From Octopus vulgaris (taxonomy: Eukaryota): a stretch of DNA of 64,000 nt. Shown here in pieces: positions 50,778 through 64,000 of this stretch. The stretch spans positions 221,960,001 to 222,024,000 of the forward strand of contig OX597814.1 in the NCBI GenBank assembly GCA_951406725.2, written 5' to 3'. Positions within the stretch are counted from its first letter, which is position 1. Every line of letters starts with the position of its first letter. Under the pieces are notes generated by a model that worked only from the letters and a program-made list of their open reading frames with translations, had not been told where the DNA came from and searched no databases. The position numbers and the translations under genes are program-made.

Positions 50778-52683
50778 GATATATATATATTATAGTGAGA
50801 GGGTGAGACAATCAATGGGTGTGGGCGAAGATGTGAGGGGACACGTGTGGAAGGTTAAATGGGTAAGTGTCTTCATTACCTATTACATTTACATTGAACA
50901 GAAGAGTTAAAATGATAAAAGAAATACTTAATCATAGAAAACGATAACAGCGTCTCTGGAAAAGATGGAAAATAAAAAGAAGAAAAGATAAAAGAAAGGT
51001 ATGAATATGAATAAAACAATTAATCAGCAATGAGTATTAATAAAAAAAAAAACTGGTGAAAAGATGGGAAAGAAAAAGAAACTTTGTAATTACTGTATCA
51101 CAGCAGAATATGAAATCAGATATACTGTTTTTAATAATACCTTTTGCAGTTGAATTTCCACCGTAATAGTAACTTTATGAAAGATGACTTATTGACACAA
51201 CAGAATATGCTTCAACACACGAACTCATATAAAGAATCTTGCAAATCAAATCCAAAAACGAAACATATTGATGTGTTTATTTAAAAGTTATAGTGAATAA
51301 GTTTACAGAGAGGCTGTGCAATGATTACTGTTGAGGAATAACTACAAAAACTTGACACGAATGATCGGAATGTGCCGATTAAGTTTTAAAGGAAGTAGTG
51401 ATAGATGGTCCAGCTTGTTATTGACATTAGTAATAGTTAAATGAATAGTGTTGTGTGGTATACAAAGCTTTAAAATTTCTCAACGTTCTGAAATACTAGT
51501 TCCCCGATGAAGGTCGATAGCTTCTAAACAGATCTAGATGCTAGGCGATATTGTATCAGATGTAATGAAAAATTCTGGTAGATATGATTGCATTTTGGCG
51601 AGAGTTACAGTCGTTCTATCAATGTCCGCAATTAATTATTTTAGCCTCGCAGGAAATAAAAAAAAGCAAATTAGATACTTGAGTGATTCTAACTCAGAGC
51701 GTAGAGGGACAAAAAAAGTGAAAGAGATTTTGTCCGAAACTTGCCACTTCACCACTTTTTAGATATGCCTTTTAGAAGCACACAAGAATCTCCAGTTTAA
51801 TTCAGAAAGCATACCGACCTACAGTTAGGAAATATTTTACGCTAGTTGCTATATATCTGGTGAGAAAGAAATTAGTATTGAAACTTACTTTAATATTGGT
51901 CATCCATTTATGACAGAGATTTTCTGAAGATTATATATATTGAATTACGATATACTGATGACTTAGTAAATTCCCTAACGCATAAGTTGTTCAGCTGTTT
52001 AATTTGAATTAAACTTATAGATGTTACGGATATGTTCGATTCTATACTGCGAAACTCAGAAATGTTTAGTCTTCAGGCGATTCCGTTCATTTAAAAACTG
52101 TTCTCTAGAAGATATGAGATTCTGTGTTGAAAGTTGTTTGCTGCTCTGTTAGCTAGTGTAATCATATTAACATAACTATTACTTTATTATAGAATATGCT
52201 GTGGATCACAGGGTAGTACAATATATGGAATGTAGTTATAAAGGCATTTATATCTATAAACCGAGTCTTCGTAATCTAAAGTATAGTCTTGAGATTGAAT
52301 GATCAATAACAATAAGGATCAATCACGAAATAACGAGAACCAATTGAATAATTTATTTCATACACAAAATGTTTGACCTTGTACATGGTTATTGATTTTC
52401 ACTAATCTAATTATGGGAATTTTTCTGTGTGCCATGTTTTTGTTATTTTTTAAATTTTTGGTCCTTCTACCTGCATTTATACGCAACGCGTTGCATTAAA
52501 TCGGTTCAGAAATATCTGATGACTCTCAGGGATCTTATATTTATCTTGGCACGCAATCCAGAGTGATTTTAAAGGGAATGCTTAAGCTTGAGATATAAAT
52601 ATATTACAAAAAAGTATTAAGGTTAATGACATTTCCTCTACTGCTAATGTTGACTATTTTCGAACAAACTATATATTCTGGGC

Positions 52684-53945
<1,262 letters not shown>

Positions 53946-56550
53946 TATATATATATATCTGGATACGAATTTATTAACTTTTGATTAAAGTCTTCATTTT
54001 CCCGATTAAGTATTGTTTTTGGTTTGCATAATAAACTGTTTGGTAATTCGTAGATATATTTGTTTTCATTATACAAGCTGTTGTCGCTTATGAAAGTGTT
54101 TTATGATGGCAGAATTTATTTGAATTTTAGCAAATCATGTGTGATAGATGTAGCTATATAATGTTGGAAAGAAGTTGAATGTATTCTCTTTTAATTAAAA
54201 CTTTTCGAAAGTAATAATCATTCAAGTTTATTACCGATACGGAGCCAATACTATAGTATCAGAAAGTCGATTGAAAATCGCCGTAATCAACATTTAAAAG
54301 GAGACCAGTTTTCTTTAGAATAATAGCTATATGTCTAAGTGCAGTCAATTAGAACTAAATATAATTCACTTAAATGACAACAGTTTACACAAGTACTTAC
54401 ATGAGTAAACTTTATGAAACAAATTAATACTTGTGAAAGTGATGTGTTTGTAAAAACAAAACAGACTGAAAAGAAACATTATTTGTGAAGATTGATGATA
54501 CTTCTCGCTTCTTCTCCATAACACTTTCTAGAGAAGAATAAGATCACACAGACACAAACACACACACTCACACACAGACGAATGTATATAGGTGTGTACA
54601 TGTTTGTGTGAATGTGTAGTAATCACTTTTACCGTATAGAACATCATGCTCTGTTGAGCAGTCTGCGAAGATTAGTGCTATCCCTGAACGTTATATTTTC
54701 TAATGATTCTTTCCATTTCTTACAATAATGCCGGGAGTAAAATTTAGAATGTATCTCTCTCCTATGAATACACGTTTTAGTTCAAGAGATAGTGGTAGAA
54801 TTTCGCATCAGCAGAAGGACATGTTTGTTAAAAGTGCTATGAAATTTGTTGTAAAGTAAATACATCTACATATGGATTTCAATATATTGGCGAAAGGAAT
54901 AGTAGAGGTTAAAAAATGAATGCACTTAATGCTCTCCTTTTAATTAAAAGAGAATGATCAAATCTGAGAAATATCAAAGAGCTGTAATTCCAGAATATAT
55001 GTCAAATTGTTTGATATTGTTATTGGAGAAAACGTGCGCTGTGTATCTATGAGCACATTAAGTTATCCTCGAACGGACTTCAATTCAATTTCATCGTTTT
55101 TGATAATTTAAGAAAATTAAATGTATCGAAAGTTGAAAAATATTATTTAAAACTCTTATGAAATAATAGGGTTAGGACCACGAATGATAGTAAGTGTTAA
55201 TAAAGTGAAATCCCGATTGAGTTAAATAGATATAAAACTGTTCAGGAACAAGGCTTGGGAATATACGAATTTAAATGTTAGTTAATATGGAATTCAGTTG
55301 TTAGAATTATATTTGCGCTTTAATTTGTGAAAGCCAACTGTAGGCAATGCAACACTGCTGGCTCTTAACTGTTGTTTTTCAACAGTAAACGTTACATAAA
55401 TAATCAAACTGTACACAACAATGTAGTTTGATCACTAGCTATAAGTAATGAGGCGGCGAGCTGGCAGAACTTTTAGAAGCTATCTGGTTATAAGAAGATA
55501 CGTTGTAGGTCAGTTTTAAATAGCTCAGATTAGATAACTGGAATTGATTTTTTTAAAAAGTCTTTTGAAATTGTACATTTTATGTTTACACGAATATCGT
55601 ATGAGTAAGCAGTGCTCAATAATGGTCTTCCAATGCAGATGTTAATATTCTCAATAAATGCCTCTTGCTGACATAAGAATCTCCATAGGCGGGTCTAATC
55701 TAAATAAACTTCATTAAATCTAAGTTCATAATTAATATTCCCTTAATCTAATGGGAATGGGAGTCCTACAGATATGTAATTAAACTAAGTACGTTTAACT
55801 ATTACACGATGACGGTTATATGAATATTCAGATAGTAAAATCTAGATGCATCTATATAATCACTGCTGAGAATGTAGCAATATAATTTTATGCATATTTA
55901 AGAATAAAGTCAACCATAATTGATGTCTCCAAATAGTAATCGCTGCAGATGAGAGGGACGTTGCTCAAACTCAAATTCATGTTCTAAGTCAGCCTAGATC
56001 CCGCATATATATGTTTAAAAGTATTCTACCCTTAACCTGTCGAACTACGTTTTCCATCCATATTGTATTTAAGGTGACTTTCCATTTTTTATGACGGTGA
56101 ACATTGATTTGAAGGAAATTTGACTACTACTTAGGTATATTAATTAAAGATTGAATAATGGTTCCCAGTTTTTCTAGTAAAGGTAAATTTGTACGATTTT
56201 AGAATTTCAATTCGATATCGACAGTTGATTATCAATTTTCCCATATTTCAGTTACCGCTATTCCTCTTCATGAACTCATTCATGTATCAAGCTATCAAAG
56301 CCATTTCTATTTCTCTATCTCTCTATCAGATAGCTTCTCTCTCTCTTGCTCTCTTTCTTTCCTTCCTTCTCTCTGTCACAAACACACACACTCGAATATC
56401 CTGCGCGCACTCGCATATCTCGCACATGCCCACTCAATATCTTCCAGTACCAAAGATATAAAGAATTGCCTCTATGAATTCCACTCGCAAGGTGCACTTA
56501 TGTACTGAGCATGCAATCAGCAAAATTGATTTCAATATGGAATTAATATA

Positions 56551-56823
56551 CAGAGGTTGGACAAAATAATGGAAACACTATCTCAATATTATTGAACATT
56601 TATGGTGCATTTTAGAAAAACAAGTAAGGAGTCGATGTATTCCACCATCATCACTACAAGAGCTGGAGATAGTTTTAGCTGAAGACTGGACAAAACTTCC
56701 TTTGGAAACAATACAAACTTTGTAGAATTCAAGCTGTAATTATTGCCAAAGGCAGTCCTACCCCATATTAAAATAAATTTGTTTAAAATCTTAAGGTGTT
56801 TCCATTATTTTGTCCAACCCCTG
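56551..56823 (+). mobile_element. Tc1-derived MITE
   Basis: TIRs TA|CAGAGGTTGGACAAAATAATGGAAACAC and GTGTTTCCATTATTTTGTCCAACCCCTG|TA; keeps the transposase tail PPSSLQELEIVLAEDWTKLPLETIQTL. Confidence 0.9.
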
Positions 56824-57861
56824 TATATCATACTGGCCACCGCTAACAAGATGGAAAATATATTGTTTGTTACAGCAGGAAACGCAGAATATAGAAGTAA
56901 ATTTTTTAAACGAAAAGAAGAAAAATAAACAAAAACAAAACGGAAATATGTATAATTCAAGCCATTTATGTTAACTTCATATTTAACATCTAATGCTGCA
57001 ATGATAGGCAGAAAGGGAGAATTGAAGGAGAATGTTGATGATCCACCACGGAAGGAATTTTAAAGTAAAATTTCTGATGTTGGTATTGCTTGTAAGGAGA
57101 GGATTCTGAGGGTGTTTTAGATAAATCACCTTCTTTGAAATAAAGATGATAGTTGATGGAACCATCGCAAAATAATAGGATAATGTTACTAAAATAATGT
57201 GGAAGAAAATAATGTATAATAATAATCTGTTCTGAGGTCATGGTAGAACAAAAATTGATAATCAAAATTGCAAGCGCAAAGAAAAAAATCACCGTTTGTT
57301 AGAATGAGGGGTTGCCAGAATATTGAAGAAAATCGTTCATTCCATATAAGCTTTTAGGGTTGTGAATTAACTCATTTTAAAGCGTAATAAAAATATGCTA
57401 GACGAAATAATTGAAGAGATGAACAGCAACAGCAATGGGGGAGGGGGAAATCAGTTAAAAGATATACAAGAACAAAGTGTACAAGTAAAAAAGAAAAGAA
57501 AGTATTTGGCGTCGAATGCCAGTATTCAAGTTATTAATGTACCATTGAAAGACAAACGGGGTGGGGGAGGAATAATTGATCGAGGCTCTAATCTGATTAA
57601 ATAAAATTCGACATTCACTTTTCTGAGGCCGATGTGAAGAATCAGTGGAAGTTCGCCTACCTTTAAACGGTTCACAAGCATACACACATATACACATATA
57701 TACATGCACAAACACTCAAATATGTATATCTGTGCATAGTTTGTGCGTGGGTGTGGGGCGTATATGTGTTGACATTATTGTACTAGTTTTGCATAATACC
57801 ATTCATATGCATAGATATATATTCAAAATTTCAGACTGAATCCATAGACCAGTAAAATAAA

Positions 57862-58255
57862 TACTCTTTACTCTTTCTCTTTTATTTGTTTCAGTCATTT
57901 GACTGCGGTCATGCTGGAGCACCGCCTTTAGTCGAGCAAATCGACCCCGAGACTTATTCTATCGGTCTCTTTTAGCCGAACCGCTAAGTGACGGGGACGT
58001 AAACACACCAGCATCGGTTGTCAAGCAATGCTCGGGGGACAAACACAGACACACAAATAGACACACACATACATATGTATATACATATATACAACAGGCT
58101 TCTTTCAGTTTCCGTCTACCAAATCCACTCACAAGGCATTAGTCGGCCCGGGGCTATAGCAGAAGACACTTGCCCAAGATGCCACGCAGTGGGACTGAAC
58201 CCGGAACCATGTGGTTGGTTAGCAAACTACTTACTACACAGCCACTCCCGCGCCT
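57862..58255 (-). mobile_element. SINE family A, near full length
   Basis: Reverse complement of 7472-7897 with a small internal deletion. Confidence 0.95.
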
Positions 58256-59228
58256 GTAGATCATGTGTGCGTGTAGATCATAAAACAAGAAAAAACAAGA
58301 GCGCACTGAATAAAGAATGTTTCGCTGGTCTGTAGAGATAATTTTAAATAGTCTTGTAGATTTCGTCTGGTGGCTAGTGGGTTCTGTTTTGTTTGATTCG
58401 TCACACGATTTCGTAAGCGTTGAATAGGAACACACTGAATCCACGGCTAAAAATTTACTTCACTTAAAATACATATACATTTCACCACAGATTTGTTTCG
58501 AATTTTAAGTTGAAATTTAAGCAACGCAAACAATTTTTTTTTATTTAATGATTCTGGAAAAGTCTTATAGAGCTGGCGATACGATTAAACGGGATAAAAT
58601 TAAAGTAGAAGGCCATAATTTATTTTAGTCTTTTACTCATCATTTAGTAATGGTTCCTAGTTTTTCTAGTAAAGGTAAATTTGTACGATTTATTATTAGT
58701 CATGTTGCTACTAAAACACATCTTGATCAAACACGTAAATGCCACTGCTGCAACCAAATCCTAAATAGAATGCATGAACCTTGTTAAAAATCATTAATAT
58801 TCATTAAGAGCCAGAAAATTATTAAAAATAATTAAAAAATGTTCAAGTCACTATAAACCAAGATACAGTCGCATTCAAAATGTCTTCAATACATTATTTG
58901 ATATAAGTATAAAATGTAGGAAATCAATGATATTTTTGGCTAACACTAATTGAATTATACATGAAACGGAAATTAATAGCTGCGAAATAAGTAGAAACAT
59001 TACCATGTCACTCCATTTCCTATCACAACTACAGGCGAAAAAATATATCGGCTCTCAGAATATGTTTTGTTTTTGTATTTGTTTTTGTTTTCATTTGTTA
59101 AAAAAGAATAAAATGGACATTATAAAGTAAAACGCTGAAATGTAGCCTAATTCTTTTATTTCATATATGAAACGTGGGATTACATATCTACATGAGGATG
59201 CACAAGCACACACACACGCGCGCACACA

Positions 59229-59305
<77 letters not shown>

Positions 59306-59485
59306 CGCGATGCTTTCAATGAGAACTCAGGGTTCCACGCTAACCAGGACATGAATGATTTAACTTTGGCTTAAGTATGAAAGGGAATGACTGCAAAAAC
59401 AATATTATCCGAAATTACAACCTGAATGAAGACAGGGATAATTTAATCAATAAAGACAAAGGTGATAGAATTAATAATGACAATG

Positions 59486-59557
<72 letters not shown>

Positions 59558-60283
59558 GAAAAGTGTGTGAATTATAAAATAGTTAATTTGGACGGTCGTC
59601 TAATTTATGCTACCATATATATGAAGTAAAAACCACTATGGAAAATGGGAAAAAATCTTCTGCTTGGCTGTTTCAGTTTTCTAATTTTCCATAAGATGAA
59701 AAGCGCTGAATTAGTTTTAATGCGGTGATGTAAATTTTGTTTTCTGCTTCATCAAACTTGAAGCCAGCATTAGAAAAAAAAAAGAAGAAAAATAAAACGT
59801 AAAACTGCAGCAAAAGAATAACGAGAAGAAATGAAATAGAAAAAAATGAGGAATATGTAGATTATGTCGATGAAGAAAACTTTATATAGCAATATCTGCG
59901 CTGAATATTGCATAGGTCTGCAAAATTTGGAATTGGCCTGCAATATCTGCAGCACATGAGCAATTCAATAAGTATTACGTATGTTAGCTATTCGATAGAT
60001 AGATCAAAGAGAAACATATATAATGAGAGAAAGAGACAGAGGGAAAGAGAGGAAAAGAGAAAAGGAGAGACAGAGAGAGAGTGAGGTGAACATCACGGTT
60101 AAATGATAATGTTCATGATGACGAAGTGGTTGCTACTGTTATGGTGACGATAAGGTATGGTCTATCTTTTTTGTGAGTTTTGGATAAAATTTACGACGAA
60201 TAAAATCAGGTGAATGAAAAGAAACACACCACTGCTCATCAGAGATAAATTAATGTGATGGATGGCAAATTGAAAGTAACATA

Positions 60284-60284
<1 letters not shown>

Positions 60285-60334
<50 letters not shown>

Positions 60335-60336
60335 CA

Positions 60337-60371
<35 letters not shown>

Positions 60372-60380
60372 TATATATAT

Positions 60381-60439
<59 letters not shown>

Positions 60440-60444
60440 CATAC

Positions 60445-60491
<47 letters not shown>

Positions 60492-60792
60492 CATATATAT
60501 ATATATATATACATACATATATATATATTATATATATATACATACATATATATATATATATATATACATACATATATATATATTATATATATATACATAC
60601 ATGCATATATATATATTATATATATATACATACATGCATATATATATATTATATATATACATACATGCATATATATATATATTATATATACATACATATA
60701 TATATATACATACATATATATATATTATATATATATACATACATATATATATATTATATATATATACATACATATATATATATTATATATAT

Positions 60793-60861
<69 letters not shown>
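60285..60861. repeat. Higher-order TA/TACA/TAT compound microsatellite
   Basis: Direct reading; recurring ~25-30-bp subunit (TA)nTTA(TA)nCATACA. Confidence 0.93.
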
Positions 60862-60864
<3 letters not shown>

Positions 60865-61003
60865 ACTGCTAGTCACTTGCCGAAGATTTCAATCCTACTG
60901 TATTGCAGTCTAATTAAGAGTTTAGTACTATGGAATATTGCTCATCAATAACTTGTGAGTGAAACTAATTCAAGGAAATGTGTCTCGTACATATCTATCT
61001 ATG

Positions 61004-61091
<88 letters not shown>

Positions 61092-61737
61092 AATTCATAT
61101 GTCTGTGTCTGTCAGTCTTTCGAATTTCACATCGAATACCATATATTTTTCAACATTTTTCACTCCTTCGATATAATTTAATACAAATATACGTACATAT
61201 AAATATACGCTAATGTATGTATGTGATGTGTATCCATGTGTATACACGCTCTTTGAAATCATGAGTAGTTGCATTGTATGGACTTGATACGTGGGATAGG
61301 CAATTGTGTTTTACCATGACTTTCCTGGAAGTTCAAGCCACATGAATGTATTTAGAGTAAGGCCAAATACTCGACAAAACCAGTCGCTATATCTGTTGCT
61401 GTAATTCAAGTCACCTTGTTCCTTTTTAACATGTTACACCAGAGAGATTTTATTTCAGGAGGATGTAAAATTGTTCATGTTAGTGGCATTGCCATCATTT
61501 GCACGCTATTTTACTATGCTGGAAATCCAGTACACTCATTAAAAGAATGTACGTCATTGATATTTATTGCTTTAATATAATTCTTGTTTTTAATAAAGTA
61601 TTTATTAATGATGAATTGCAATGTGCTGATCACAATTTACAATCTGTTGTCAGCCGTTTGATTAACAGATAATATTAATTATATTGATACACGAATAAGC
61701 ACACAAAAATGTATAGCTAAATAAGAAGACAGATAAG

Positions 61738-61789
<52 letters not shown>

Positions 61790-61790
61790 G

Positions 61791-61846
<56 letters not shown>

Positions 61847-61961
61847 ATAGACAAAGAAATAAGTAAATACATAGCTGCCCACTTACTCAGACAGACAGAT
61901 AAGTGACTGTGGGTGTCTAAATACACAATCTAAGGGATATATTAATGAATGCATTTGAATT

Positions 61962-62001
<40 letters not shown>

Positions 62002-62041
62002 CATTTATATACATACACACACACACTCATACATATATATA

Positions 62042-62088
62042 CAGCAGAACCTCGGTTTATGAACGCTTCTGATCACGAATATATCGTG

Positions 62089-62122
<34 letters not shown>

Positions 62123-62170
62123 GCACGATTTATTCGCAATCAGAGGTGTTCGAAAATCGAGGTACTACTT
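62042..62170. mobile_element. Pogo/Tigger-type palindromic MITE with central (TA)n
   Basis: TA|CAGCAGAACCTCGGTTTATGAAC ... GTTCGAAAATCGAGGTACTACT; inner inverted repeat ATCGTGCT/AGCACGAT. Confidence 0.7.
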
Positions 62171-62321
62171 TATGTATAAATATATAATAATCATCATCAT
62201 TTTGTATATGCAGATACTTATTCATATACATGTATAAATACGTAAACTCAGAAGTTTATGCATGGATATATATTCATATAAACACGCGCGTATTAATATA
62301 GTCACTTATAATTGTGCATGA

Positions 62322-62374
<53 letters not shown>

Positions 62375-62377
<3 letters not shown>

Positions 62378-62604
62378 TGTCTGTGTGTGTTTCTGTGTGT
62401 CTGTTAGGTTGTACCTTCACCCTGACCACGGCTTTCAACCGATTCTGATAAAACTTCACAGACTGTCTAGGGGACGCAACTCGACCTTTTTAACTAAAAA
62501 AAAATTTATCATCATTTTTTTCCCATTTTTTGGCTATAACTCTCTAAAAATGCTTTATAGTTATTTCCCTTACAAACCCGAGCAACGCCGGGCGATACTG
62601 CTAG
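62375..62604 (+). mobile_element. Non-autonomous Helitron
   Basis: 3' hairpin CCCG-agcaacgc-CGGG followed by CGATACTGCTAG|T; GTCTGT-rich 5' region. Confidence 0.7.
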
Positions 62605-63246
62605 TATATATATATATATATACACGGGGTGGAGCGAATATATCTACTAACTTATTTCTCTTGTTTAAAAAAAGGATATAAAATCTGGACAGGAATAAAA
62701 TAACTTTAAATTGAGACTGAATCGGGTGCAGAATCGAAACGGTTGTTGGCGAAAGAACAATGGTAATTTCGATCCTTCAAAGAAACGAAGAAAGTGTTTA
62801 TAAATATAGGATAGTCAGTCTCTTATCACTCTTATCACTTCAAAAGCTTAATTTTATTCTTCATTCTGTATTCTGTTTCGCATTTTTTCTCTAATAATCT
62901 GACCATCAAGATAGAATTGTAATATATAGTCAAATTAAACCCCTTTTATTCTCTATTCTGTTTCTGTATTTTGTCTGTCACTATATCTGAAAACCCAGTT
63001 TTGGGTCCTCATTCCCCCCCCCCATATATATATATATATATATATGTATATGCATGTATATGTGTGCGTATGTATGTTTGTATGTGTGTATGTATGCATG
63101 TACTGTTATATTGAAGGACTCATCAGAAAAAATACACTGGTTATGGAAATACTTAGAGAATATAGAACTATATTTCTATTAAATTCTAGAAAGATTCACA
63201 AACTGGAGATACAATTAAATATATGTATGTATGTATGTATGTACGC

Positions 63247-63305
<59 letters not shown>

Positions 63306-63768
63306 TGTATGTCTGTGTATGTGTGTGTGTGTAATTCAACACAAATACGCATATATTTCCAAAATTGAATTGATATGCATAAGCATTTTGGAAGATATCA
63401 ATAAATATTGACAGGAATTAATTTATAAAAGAAGCCGATCATACACGAGTTTTACGCTATCCACATTGACTATATACTTTAGCACCCGTTAACAGAAGGG
63501 GGTCTGTTGAAAACGCATTATAAATTTGAAAAAATTAAATTGAAAATTTTAATGGAATACTGGTTTATATCTAATTATAAGAATATGAAATATTTCTGCT
63601 ACACAACAACACACATATACAGGCATTTCTGTATAGATATGTATGAATATATGCATGTATACGTACACACAAACATACACACACATGCACACACACATGT
63701 ATATATATACGTATATACATATATATGTGTGTGTGTGTGTGCGCGTGCGTGTATATATATATATATAT

Positions 63769-64000
63769 GTGGATGGAAGTACTCCGTCGGTTACGACGAT
63801 GAGGGTTCCAGTTGATCCGAATCAACGGAACAGCCTGCTCGTGAAATTAACGTGTAAGTGGCTGAGCACTCCACAGACACGTGCACCCTAACGTAATTCT
63901 CGGGGTTATTCAGCGTGACACAGAGAGGGACAAGGCCAGCCCCTTGAAATACAGGTACAACAGAAACAGGAAGTAAGAGTGAGAGAAAGTTGTGGTGAAA
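63769..64000 (-). mobile_element. SINE family C, 3' part (runs off the window)
   Basis: Reverse complement of about 43590-43797. Confidence 0.9.

Overview
AT-rich, microsatellite-saturated animal DNA, almost certainly from an octopod cephalopod. I infer this from the tRNA-derived SINE families, recalled from Octopus, and the extreme (TA)n/(AAT)n/(CA)n load. No intact protein-coding gene is visible: almost all ORF-track entries are translations of simple repeats or SINEs, and the only host-gene hint is a 45-nt candidate exon on the minus strand. The window holds three tRNA-SINE families, decayed non-LTR retrotransposons (L1/Tx1-like, RTE, Dong/R4), mariner/Tc1/pogo/hAT MITEs and small Helitrons. 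The most striking signal is a set of minimal type I hammerhead ribozyme (HHR) motifs of the Penelope-like-element (PLE) kind in short non-coding elements, mostly lodged in (TA)n tracts. These include a 279-bp near-perfect inverted repeat with an HHR core in each arm, and a tRNA-headed SINE-like element ending in an HHR split across an inversion. Family names come from memory and motif reading; no database search was run, and boundaries of old copies are approximate.
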